DNA of 64,000 nt from a virus (Duplodnaviria; Caudoviricetes), in IMG/VR virus record IMGVR_UViG_3300021958_000042, positions 20,668 through 84,667 of that record, one strand, 5' to 3'. Numbering within the stretch: the stretch's first letter is position 1; each line of letters begins with the position of its first letter. Positions 21,401-29,900 of the stretch are shown one piece after another. The translations under genes were made by a program, and so were the position numbers. Under the pieces are notes generated by a model. That model saw nothing but the letters and a program-made list of their open reading frames with translations, did no database searches and was not told the DNA's origin.

Positions 21401-22395
21401 TCTGAAATTGCAATAATTTCAGCGGTTTCTGTTGCCGTAAGGTCAGATAATCCCAATTCTTCAGTTTCTTCTATAGAAACTATAGAAGAAGTTTCAGTAA
21501 CTTCATCGTCTTCGGTAATTTCAACATCCGTATCATCAGTAGTTTCTTCTGGTGCAGAATATACTAATGTTTTTAATTCAGTATCTTGTAGATATGCCAG
21601 AACAAACTGCCGCAAACTAACCATATCATCATCTGTGATATATTTTGACCGTCTTGTAAGTTCTGTTATTTTTTCAGAAGTAAATTCTAATTCGGATAGA
21701 TCTGGGGCAATTACTAAATTACCCACATTTTCAGCAACAAATTTTTGTAAAATTTCTTTTACTTCTGTTACATCTTCTTCAAATGTGTCAATTCTCTTTA
21801 CAACATTTGAATATAATTGTGAAGTTGCAGCCGAAATAGTTTTTGCAGAAAAATCTTTTGATATATTGTCAGAAATATTAGTTGTTTTTTGTGCGTCTTG
21901 TACAACTTGATCTGCCACATTGACAATAATATCCTGAACTTCTCTTTCAGGTTCTGCTGCTAAAGTTAATGTTTTAGTAACTTCCACATCATAATTAGCA
22001 GTCTGAGGATCATTCAATTCCACATTAAATTCTAATGCAGTTCCATCAACATCGAATGTGTAATTATTTGTAGAATTTAATGTGGGATTTGTTACAGATA
22101 ATCTAACAATATCTCCGTTTGAAACAGATACACTTGTACCACTATCTACACCATTTTTTATAATTTTTCCAGAAGAAAATGTTACTGTAGATGGATCTGT
22201 TGTCAATCCACTAACAAATATTTGGTTTGTCTGAGTAGTTATGTTCCAAGATGTAGTAGATGCATCATAAACATAAGTTAGACTACCCTCAGTGACGCTC
22301 TGTCCGTCTGTGGGGTTGGTTACACCTGCCGGCGAACCTATTCCAATCTTTACTTTAATTATATCTCTGAATAAGAATATGTTTGTGACTGACAT
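15418..22395 (-). CDS. 2325-aa extremely acidic (D/E/S/T-rich) repeat protein, probably virion-associated
   Basis: Long ORF with a fibre-like N-terminal motif (NPTDGQSVT...TYVYD....W), followed by about 1500+ residues of acidic 14/28-aa repeats. Confidence 0.75.
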   Translation of the reverse strand: MSVTNIFLFRDIIKVKIGIGSPAGVTNPTDGQSVTEGSLTYVYDASTTSWNITTQTNQIFVSGLTTDPSTVTFSSGKIIKNGVDSGTSVSVSNGDIVRLSVTNPTLNSTNNYTFDVDGTALEFNVELNDPQTANYDVEVTKTLTLAAEPEREVQDIIVNVADQVVQDAQKTTNISDNISKDFSAKTISAATSQLYSNVVKRIDTFEEDVTEVKEILQKFVAENVGNLVIAPDLSELEFTSEKITELTRRSKYITDDDMVSLRQFVLAYLQDTELKTLVYSAPEETTDDTDVEITEDDEVTETSSIVSIEETEELGLSDLTATETAEIIAISDIETIEESEIASTEEQKITDAVETQAIGDLDKIEENESNSTIGVDVTETIDELDISQITSLENIETIEASNLKSTEIADISDVSEIEREETSETADTKETFATETSETILFSDISSTEVSETTDKKETSATEVSETTDKKETSATEVSETTDTKETSATETSETISISEVSSTEVVENITSSDANFVSSTEIEEQSTVDLTEFSEAQSLSKITPTENIETESTLNSEYDEDLEKTNLIEQLIGELSENSELKLADLIEQTESSFLTQLESFSEKLTIDFIIQNLSNFIDVDELKNTNILSITELQFFIENSVQSVAEIEALQDLTVQSITENISTTTQNYFTDVFVNTLLDTPISEIVETFNLQDKSLVEDIETFVETALQQTEQEEIASFLDVRETSESVDIAEAQDKITGSVEINAGADDTVDNTDFVVGSTETSDDFSPEITIATEVSEDSSSFISVSDSESNDTSTISNEDAEVPEDSTDSIVASSDQVEDLAVASTLGEDTTPEVTTESLTSSENVQDNDIALGVASENVDEDSFIVSSSANDDTDQSNIIVVADENVDENSAENISSSGEVPDDSIPSAIDSENVDENSAENISSSGEVPDDSIPSAIDSENVDEDSFISAGQVGESLDTTDAIEAPSNISDDSSFDFVTSTNVNQDDISQTSDTSENIPDITENEILNSEIPQDSSFETASTVDEVPDESGEFILASQTSEDDTETLLAAANNVQDNTDPSVLATEATADLTVNAQAASELPTDSTESSLLTSNVPEDSSSTTPTVATDVDDSSESKTPPTEAPEDTSTISIGDSIGLEDSSESIEVTVEAPEDTSTISIGDSIGVEDSSESIETSIEAPEDTSAIIAGDSADVEDSSESIETSIEAPEDTSAIIAGDSAEVADSSESIEVTAEAAEDTSAIIAGDSADVEDSSESLSLSSEETSDVSEISIVDDEQVEDIPETLSVNDIGSLDDTSPSAAAAEEVGETNEGILSTSEEVGDNTSVLTIADENVEETTDNIFSDSATPEDSSAIGQIDREEVEENSSLLVGDIDSIDDTSTAVLADGEEVLELSGDISTTTENIGDSETVKSTSAENIEELSTEDVTDSDQLLDEIDIAKSTDTETPDDTDAIETATVSAVDDTDAILSASESEVDTSDVSLTDGNVVDDTLVDLQISDETPEDSSQDNLVSAEISEDNSDILQSDNESAEDSAAETSSVSATTIDSSVDISIDSDESDEESIAVSSISEIPADASGQGVIPTEIPTDAQGEVLIDGDGIGDGTDAVAATDNDSIDNSTISVSGDETEEDDTSVGIEGEQGSIDDTDAIAAADENVSDQLIITDVSSEIPTDESDFIEVDIDVRVDESSIVSTVTDDNIDDTTAITTGVSDNIDDSIIGLSGTDDLGDTSAESVLSSTETDDNTLPVGSTETSTEDTSDPSTLNSDERQDNTDSIEAQTDQRLDDTDSIATLTDDSQDEVTILGSQDDARTEDTDAVAALTDDRVDSTDSVEALTDERTDDTDSVGALTDDRVDSTDSVEALTDERTDDTDSVGALTDDRTDDTDSVGALTDDRTDVSEGVIALEDERTDGTDSIGALVDERLDDTDAVEGLTDDRVDSTDAVGALVDERIDDTDAVEALTDGRTDATDPSQSQAFSEENDTEATQILEDEGLDDTDVGILTDTPEVDNTIPPVTDGNVVEITELVSEEGSEIADDEDLKLSSDQDSQDNADVPFASSVDEQQEISQATGVVEETPADEGTSTLTGEDESDQESIQFVSDDDESLDQGAVISSADEDSISDNTVSSIGDTDLGDSTVPAVLSEDDTDTSSVEVVELSDDSEDATLPPTTSIDEPEDQDTRPRLSVDISVDAAIELRPSVDETETESTLNNVATDETETEEFINSPPSEEADQNPVVVQPPAEDPISSAPIGGGNESELPELSPPISEALDDFSSEKGIIIMRTGEDKLYTLVPILDKNTNQPIGPFIDRNDSNRFFG
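16460..16930 (-). repeat. Coding tandem repeat, 42-bp unit with an exact 84-bp duplication
   Basis: The 84-bp unit starting at 16741 recurs exactly at 16825; encodes LTD(D/E)R(T/V)D(D/S)TDSV(G/E)A. Confidence 0.9.
18605..19045 (-). repeat. Coding tandem repeat with six 84-bp-spaced unit anchors
   Basis: GATTCTGAAC recurs at 18605, 18689, 18773, 18857, 18941 and 19025; encodes EDSSESIE..(I/V)EAPEDTS.I..GDS. Confidence 0.9.
19541..19722 (-). repeat. Coding 84-bp tandem duplication
   Basis: TCATCTACAT recurs at 19541, 19625 and 19709; encodes ENVDENSAENISSSGEVPDDSIPSAIDS. Confidence 0.9.
20946..21055 (-). repeat. Coding 42-bp tandem repeat (about 3 copies)
   Basis: TATCTGTAGTTTCAGAAACTTCGGTAG recurs at 20946, 20988 and 21030; encodes KKETSATEVSETTD. 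Confidence 0.9.
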
Positions 22396-22406
22396 CGTAT
22401 CTCTAT

Positions 22407-22436
22407 AAAAAATAAGGGGAAGCTAATGCCTCCCCT
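22407..22436 (-). terminator. Rho-independent terminator
   Basis: Minus strand AGGGGAGGC-ATTA-GCTTCCCCT followed by TATTTTTT, lying between the P2 stop and the start of the acidic giant. Confidence 0.75.
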
Positions 22437-22437
22437 A

Positions 22438-22445
22438 TATTTATT
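22438..22445 (-). promoter_or_regulatory. Candidate late promoter AATAAATA
   Basis: ATAAATA core immediately 5' of the terminator hairpin on the minus strand. Confidence 0.45.
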
Positions 22446-22469
22446 TCAAATTTTAATCTTTAGAGATTA

Positions 22470-25400
22470 TCAAGAAAAAGTATTGTCTGCAATCGCTGCA
22501 ATATCTCTTGGAGTATAATCACTATATTGTGGTCTGATAGGTCCGCCTCTGGTTAAGAGGAAGATTCTCATACCATTGCCAAATGGTTTAGTTGACATCA
22601 TACCAACATATGTTCTGTGTGTTGCATTTGTTGTCGTATCAAACGCATCCGCACCATCTCTAAATGCAGTAGATGCAGTTGTAGCGGCCGCACCCTGTTT
22701 TGCATTATGCCAAGTATATGGCTGACGGAAGTTGAGCTTATCTCCATTTGAAGATACATGTTCAGCTCCAGGCGTATGTCCTGTTTCTAATGTACTTTCT
22801 TGTGCAGAGTCTAAGTCATACTTGGTTGCAGATGTTTTAATAATACCACCTTGAGTAGAACTATCAGCACCAGCCACACAAATCAAATCCATTTCTGCGT
22901 CACTATAGATAAATCTCTGTGATGCAAGTGGAGTTGGGAAGTTAAAGATAACTGTTTTATCTTGTGTGATAGATAACTGTTCAACAGGGTTGATACATGC
23001 AGGGCTGTCGACCTGTGGAATAACAGCAGAAACATGATAATCCCAAGGTTTAAACACATCATTTTCACGAACAACAAATCTATAGATGCCTTTAGCAACT
23101 TTATGAATGTCATTCCAGATAGAAGGAATATCTCTATCTTCTGGAACTGATACTAAGTATGTTGACTTACCTGTATCTCTTTCTTCAACATCATTATAGT
23201 TTTCATAAGAAAGTTTTACAACTGTGCCATTTTCGATTGGTTGGTTAAATGTCCATGTATCATCTGTAAGAGAATATGCATACATTGGTTTTTCAACACC
23301 AAAATATTCCAAACTGATATTTGTAGTACCAAATTCAACATTACCATCAGCATTAATAGTATAGTTTTGTCCAAGAACGGCAGCATCTGCTTCCGAACCA
23401 TCCACGAATACTTTAAGTCTGTTGATTTCGAACAATGGATTTGAGGCAGTTCCGCTTCTTCCATAGAAGTTTGTATACTGATTATTAAACCCAGCGCCTT
23501 GCCACGCATATTCATAGATAAATGTATCGTCTTCTGGGAATGTATCAATAACTGCTTCAATTCTCATGGCCTCACAAGTTGCCGAGGCATTTAAAGTGCC
23601 AGAAGTTTCGACAAGCGCCGCCTGATCTGCAGTAGTTACGATATCGCCGACTTTCATACTAATTACACCAGTGCCTGGCGTAGTCCACATTGTGAACACA
23701 CTGGTACTACCTACTGTTTGAGTTTCAAACCCGCTTTTCCCCGTAACAGCGGCTCCAGCCTGATCGGCATAATCGGTAAGAAATCCACTTGTAGCACCCC
23801 TTTGAGAATGTTGAGGTAATGGTACAATTTCTGCATCTGCCGAGGTGGTTGGTGGAGTTGTTAACGCATTTGGAGTTGCAGCAACAGCGCTTATAGAAGC
23901 ACCACCAGCATCAACTGTTGCAGTCATTAAAGTGTAGTGAACAACTTGAACTCTTCTTGAGCTAACCAAAGTTAGCGATTCTGGGGAAGTTGGAGTAAAC
24001 AAAGCAACACTTGATGCGATAGGAAGCTCTCTTGCGTCACCAGATGCACTTGTTGCTGGAGCTAACTCAGTTTTATCTAGAATTTTTATATCAGTTCTAG
24101 GATCTAAGTATGTATCAACTCCAGTAGAAGAACGATGTCTAACTCTATATACAGACAATCCAAGTCTTGCAGGGCCCTGCATTTGGTTTCTAGCAGCATT
24201 AAAGTTTGCTAAACTACCAGTAGTGAATGAGCCAGGATCGCCAACAGCCGCTGTTACAGAAGAATGTACATCTGAAGTCGCAGTTCTCGCGGCAACGGTA
24301 TTATCGAAAGCCGTAATATGCTGTCCGACTGGTACAAAAGTAGTTCCAAACGCGGAACCATAATTTAAAGGAAATTCAGTTCTTTGAGCGATATCTGTCG
24401 CGGTGGAGAAGTTTGAAATCTGCGCCGCGCTGGCAATTTCTGCATAATTCTGCTTAATGAGTGATGGTAGTGTTACCTGATCGTTAATAACTGTATATCC
24501 AGTAGTTGAGTTTGTTCCGAGGCTGCCAGCATCAGTCAACGGAATACCCGCTGTTGCTGATGTAGTTTTATATCCTGGCCCACCCTGATATGCTTGTTGA
24601 ATAACTTCAATTGGATTTGAGTCTGTTAAAATAGACTGTTCTACTGGAAGGCCTGCCTTCAGCTGTCTTCCATTCACATCAAACACTTGTAATTCGTCCA
24701 AAGCTTTTGATGTAATTGTAGTTTGTCCTGTTGCAGTATCAAAGTCTTCACTCACCTCTGCAAAGAAACCAACATTATAATTTGATGTTTCTTCTGGGCG
24801 AGTTGATGGAGAATATAAACAATGGACTGGTGATTTACCATCTTCAAATTCAATTCTACCTGATACATTGTTAACATGTCTCTGTACAACAAACCATGCA
24901 TAGTCATCATCTTGATCTACTGATGCTTGGTCAAACAAGAACAATCCAGTACCATGGTCAGTACATGTCAAACGATATGCGAGTGGATAACCACTTTCGA
25001 TATCATCTGTTGTTTTACCTTGTCTACGGAACCAACCAGATTTTGCTTTGTTTGTATCGTTAGAGAAGTTATAATAGATTTCGCTAAGTTCGCCAGGCTG
25101 TCTAAATACCGCCTGTTTAATACCGTCACGACCTTGTCCTTTTGTCAAATCTCCATTATCTTTGATTTGTAGTGCAGTTGCAATATTAACATAAAGATAC
25201 TCATCTCTACGGTCATAGAAGAAACGCATTCTCCATTTTTGAGGTTTACGCGCATCCTTGACTGGTTGAGTTAATGAAACTGTTGATGGAATGGCAACTG
25301 TTGCAGAGTTTACATCAGCTTTTGATGATAAAAGGTCTGTCGCTTTTTCAGATTCGACAATAAACATATCACCAATTCTATTAAGACAATCTTTTACTGC

Positions 25401-26930
25401 TCTATGGTCTTGTTGTCCATTTACAGCAATTGGAATTGGTTCTGATGAATCTGCATCTTGGAATGGATATATGATATTATATGGCTGAGATTCGAAATCA
25501 GACTTATTAATTGCCATTCTCCATTCGCCCTTTACATATACTGTTTTAGATGCACTATTAAAAGCATTTACATCTATTGTATCTTCCGTTGCACTATCTA
25601 ATTTTACAGTAACAACACCAGTAACTTCATCGACAGAAGAAATTAGTGCAGCACCTTTACCATTAGGTTCGATGATGCGTTTACCAACATCGGCAGAAGA
25701 CAAACCTCCAGCGACTGGATTTGCGGCTGTAGCATTGTCAAAATCACCAACTAAGGTTTTTCCAGAAATATCTGTTAATGTAAAAGTTCCATCTGCAGCG
25801 GCGGAACCGACAGTAGGGGCAGCTGCCCATGTCAATGTTGCGTTCTGCTGTTGTACAGATGTCCATGCAGAACTATAATAGTTTCCATATGGGTGTAAAC
25901 ATAAGTCTGTTGCAAGTGTTCTTAAAACACCATTTTGTGCTTTAGGGTCTTTAACAGTATCTACGAAATATTCTAATACGACTGTATCTCCAACTGAAAA
26001 AGATTCACTTCTCCAAGTTACTGTTCCGTAGTCTAATGCAAGCTGTTCTGCATCAACAACTGAACTTACTTTAATAACTAGATCTGGAGCAGAACCACCA
26101 ATATTACCCAATTGTGCTTCTGAGATTGTGATTTCATTTCCTACCAGATAGTCTTGGCCAAAGGTCAAAGGAACAACTTTAGTCACATTTCCTACTGCAT
26201 CGACAAACACTTGAAAAGACCCACCAGTTCCCGAAGAACCATTTACAACACCGTCTGGATCATTTCCTACTGCAACAGAAGTTGGAGTGACTAAATATAC
26301 CCCCCCACGATGTCCAGTAGTTCCAGAATCTGTTTCAACACCAGTTACAGCTCCAACGCCATCGTAAAAGGAGACAAAAAATTGATTTTTCGCCGGAGAC
26401 TCATCAACAACTGCAGTTGTAGGAATGGTAGAAGGATCATATCCTTGTCCAGAAACAGAAACATCTACAGAAACTACTCGTCCACTACCGTCAGTAGTAG
26501 CAGTTGCAGTCGCCTGTTTAAATGTACCAGTTGCTGGTTGGCCACCCCTAATTGTGACATTGAAAGTAGTGGATGGAGCATAACCCAAACCACCAGATAA
26601 TACTGAGATGGATTCGATACCACCAGTATTTGTGTAGGTGAAACCACCCAAGCTTGCTGGCTGGTTTCCATTCCTATATGTCTGTGTTAGTGGTGAAGTT
26701 ACTGTGGTAACTGTTCCACCAATAAACTGTCTTCTTTGCGAAGATAAAGAATATGGAGAAATTCTATCAAATTCTCCTTGAGCAGGGCGGCCTAGCCTTG
26801 TGAATGTTTGGTTAAAACTATTCAAAAATTGAAATTTCTGTTGATGCTTCTGTTGTTGCATCGAAACCATTTCATTTCTCTGAATAGAGAATCCACCTGA
26901 CATAAATTCTGTAGATAATGAAGTAGTCAT
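22470..26930 (-). CDS. 1486-aa virion structural protein, paralog family member P2
   Basis: FSIQRNE N-terminal motif, LATDLCLHP, KPQKWRMRF, GRDGIK, GWFRR, TDHG, DQDDDYAWFVVQRHV, PVHCLYS, RFVVRENDVFKPWDYHV, GNGMRI. Confidence 0.7.
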   Translation of the reverse strand: MTTSLSTEFMSGGFSIQRNEMVSMQQQKHQQKFQFLNSFNQTFTRLGRPAQGEFDRISPYSLSSQRRQFIGGTVTTVTSPLTQTYRNGNQPASLGGFTYTNTGGIESISVLSGGLGYAPSTTFNVTIRGGQPATGTFKQATATATTDGSGRVVSVDVSVSGQGYDPSTIPTTAVVDESPAKNQFFVSFYDGVGAVTGVETDSGTTGHRGGVYLVTPTSVAVGNDPDGVVNGSSGTGGSFQVFVDAVGNVTKVVPLTFGQDYLVGNEITISEAQLGNIGGSAPDLVIKVSSVVDAEQLALDYGTVTWRSESFSVGDTVVLEYFVDTVKDPKAQNGVLRTLATDLCLHPYGNYYSSAWTSVQQQNATLTWAAAPTVGSAAADGTFTLTDISGKTLVGDFDNATAANPVAGGLSSADVGKRIIEPNGKGAALISSVDEVTGVVTVKLDSATEDTIDVNAFNSASKTVYVKGEWRMAINKSDFESQPYNIIYPFQDADSSEPIPIAVNGQQDHRAVKDCLNRIGDMFIVESEKATDLLSSKADVNSATVAIPSTVSLTQPVKDARKPQKWRMRFFYDRRDEYLYVNIATALQIKDNGDLTKGQGRDGIKQAVFRQPGELSEIYYNFSNDTNKAKSGWFRRQGKTTDDIESGYPLAYRLTCTDHGTGLFLFDQASVDQDDDYAWFVVQRHVNNVSGRIEFEDGKSPVHCLYSPSTRPEETSNYNVGFFAEVSEDFDTATGQTTITSKALDELQVFDVNGRQLKAGLPVEQSILTDSNPIEVIQQAYQGGPGYKTTSATAGIPLTDAGSLGTNSTTGYTVINDQVTLPSLIKQNYAEIASAAQISNFSTATDIAQRTEFPLNYGSAFGTTFVPVGQHITAFDNTVAARTATSDVHSSVTAAVGDPGSFTTGSLANFNAARNQMQGPARLGLSVYRVRHRSSTGVDTYLDPRTDIKILDKTELAPATSASGDARELPIASSVALFTPTSPESLTLVSSRRVQVVHYTLMTATVDAGGASISAVAATPNALTTPPTTSADAEIVPLPQHSQRGATSGFLTDYADQAGAAVTGKSGFETQTVGSTSVFTMWTTPGTGVISMKVGDIVTTADQAALVETSGTLNASATCEAMRIEAVIDTFPEDDTFIYEYAWQGAGFNNQYTNFYGRSGTASNPLFEINRLKVFVDGSEADAAVLGQNYTINADGNVEFGTTNISLEYFGVEKPMYAYSLTDDTWTFNQPIENGTVVKLSYENYNDVEERDTGKSTYLVSVPEDRDIPSIWNDIHKVAKGIYRFVVRENDVFKPWDYHVSAVIPQVDSPACINPVEQLSITQDKTVIFNFPTPLASQRFIYSDAEMDLICVAGADSSTQGGIIKTSATKYDLDSAQESTLETGHTPGAEHVSSNGDKLNFRQPYTWHNAKQGAAATTASTAFRDGADAFDTTTNATHRTYVGMMSTKPFGNGMRIFLLTRGGPIRPQYSDYTPRDIAAIADNTFS

Positions 26931-26972
26931 TTATTGATCTCCTTTAGATGTATTATAATTTTGTTTTCTTTT

Positions 26973-26980
26973 TATTTATA
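26973..26980 (-). promoter_or_regulatory. T4-type late promoter TATAAATA (for P2)
   Basis: Perfect octamer in the intergenic gap, with an AAGGAG RBS downstream. Confidence 0.75.
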
Positions 26981-26998
26981 AAAACTTTTCTTTGTAAA

Positions 26999-29900
26999 TT
27001 ATTCACCAAGTACCGAGCCTGGAGCCTTTCCTTCAGTAACATCACTATATCTAATACTAGATCCTGTTACTTGCATGAAAATTCTCATACCATTTCCATC
27101 TGGAAGAGTTGAAACCATACCTTCATATTTTCTGGCATCTTTTCTCCAAATATATTTTGTTTGGTCAGGCCCATTATGTCCAGCATATCTAGTTGTTTGA
27201 TTTGCTGGCATTGCTGGAGTGGTAGTTGGAATATATTCTCCATTACCAAAACCCCCTGCAGGCCCGTTGATACCATCACTATCTCCATATTTGTTAATTT
27301 CAACATGTCCTGCTTGTGTAGAGAAGTCTGCTGAAGAAACACAAATCAAATCTAGTTCACTCTGAGGATAATAAAATCTTTGAGATGTGATTTGAGTTGG
27401 GAAGGAGAAAACAAAATTTCTGTCTTGTGTAATTGATAACTGTTCTTGTGGGTTAATAATAGCATGAGAGTCTATTTCATGCATTGTTGCTGATACATGA
27501 TAATCCCATGGTTTTAAAACATCCTGCTCACGAACAATAAATCTGTTGATAGTTTTAACTTCATTCATATTTGTCTCAGGAAAATTTCTATCTTCTGGCG
27601 TAGAAATTATATATGTATTTTGAGATGGATTCGAAGATGTATAGTTAACTAATGAAATAGAGAAGTTAGACATAGCTCTTGGTGCATGTTTAAATACTAA
27701 AGTTTTATTCATGAAATCGTAAATATATTCTTGAACTGTACTATCTGCATCTGTCCATACTATATCGCCAGGCAATAAACTAGTATATGCTTGTTTATTC
27801 GAAGATTTAGTAAGATTGCTTGTTGTGATAGTATAGCTTCCTGCATCTTTGTCTAAGAAAAATGCTCTTCCAGTTGCAGAGTTTACTATATTATTGTCAA
27901 TAGTTCCTGTTGAAGATTCTCCTAACAAATTAGGTACAACTGCAGCATCCTCTGCTGGTAGTTTGAAGTTCGAACCTAAAGTTTCTACTCCTGCTGCCTC
28001 GAGCATTTCCAAGAATCTACCTGCAGTAGTTGGATCTCCATTGACTACCCAATCATCATATGTTAGAACATATGCGGCGTTATCTCTTCTAACTTCCACA
28101 TCATCTAAAGTAACAACCATAGATTCCATTACCTTTGCAGCATTATTCTGCTGTGCATTATATAAAATATCTAACAGTGCAGAATCGCCTTCGGTGTAGT
28201 CGGATATAGAAATCGCATCTGGCACAGGCGGCACGCCCGGCGAGCCCGTGGTCGATGCGGATGCTTTAGCAAATGTTGAAACTCTATCTAAGAAGTTTTC
28301 TGGGAAAATTACATTTCTAGATGGTGATGGAGCCATATCATTTTGCTGAATCCAACTCGCAATCGGAGCTGTAGATGAAGTTTGTTCACTTCCATCAAGT
28401 GAAATTTCGAACAATCCATCGGCCGGGCTGGTTACGGACGGATCGCGATCAAGAGCATTTGGTGAATTAGATGCACCCATAGTGAATGCTGTTGCTCTTC
28501 TTCGTGGAAGACTATTAAATCCAGTGATTGCCAAATCAGTTGGTACTCTTGTTCTAGACATAATCATATCGCTGGAACTGCCTGGCAGGTCCGCGATGTT
28601 TGCGGTGTTGATGCCCGTTTGAGTAAAATCGTTGTTTGATGTTACATTTCCTGTTGCACTAGTTCCAATCAGAATTTGATCGCCAGGGTTCAGAAGGTTA
28701 AATCCTGTAGATGGATCTGCAGATGAAGTAAATGTCAATTCACCAGACACATTATTCCAACTCACAACGCGGCCTCCATTGTATTGAATATTTGGTGCCG
28801 AGCCTGTGCTCTCGGCAATAAACATGCCTGGAATAAGTTCCAACGCGGTAACTGAAGTTGGATCTAAATATATCACATATACAGTTTGTGACCAAAGAGT
28901 TTCAGACGCAGAACCCTGTGCGCCGGTAATACCTCTATAAAGATCTGATTTTACATCCGTATTATATACACCACCCCCATATCCAGATGCACCAGCCGAA
29001 TATCCAAAACTATTGAAGTCGATAGCATTTACCAATCCATTAAATATAGATTTGCTCTTATCAATCCATACAGTCGGGCCTTCTGTCTTGAAAATAGTTC
29101 CCAACGAATTCGCTACCGGCGCAGCAGGAGACAAATCTGCTAAATCGTCAGTCGAATAGTAATTACTTATAGAACTGATATCAACAGGGCGCTTCGCCGG
29201 AGAATACACACAGTGAACTGGGGTTTTCTCAGTAAATTCTGGTTGTCCTGTTGTTTGGTCAACGTGGCGCTGCACAACAAACCATGCATAGTCATCATCT
29301 TGATCTACTGCACTCTGGCCGTATAAAAACAATCCCATACCATGATCGGTACAAGTTATTCTATATGACATAGGATAAGTTTGCGTAATCTCATCAACTA
29401 CTTGAGGTCTTCTAAACCATTGAGATTTTGCAGTAGATATAGATAAATTTGCGCCTTTACCGATTGCCGGTTCTTTATATACATCACACAATTCTCCTGG
29501 CTCTCTATAAACTGGAGATTTGATACCATCTCTACCCTGTGGTTGTGATATGGACATATCATCTTTCAATTGGTAATCTGTCGCAACGTTAACTTTAATT
29601 TCATTGCTATTTTCCAACCAATCAAAACGAATTCTCCATTTCTGAGGTTTTCTTGACGCTGCTGGAGATAGACTATTTAAGAAATTTAAATTACTATCTG
29701 ATAACAAATCTACACCCTTTTCGGATTCTACCAGAAAATTATTTGTAATTCTTCTAAGCGCTGCCTTTACATCATCTAAGTGGTTGCTTGCAGGCATTGG
29801 ATGAATTAATCTAAAAGGTGTTGCAAACTCATCATTCTCTTGGAATGTTAAATTAAATACATCACCTTCTGTTATTGTAGACAATGCAGCTTTTCTTGCA

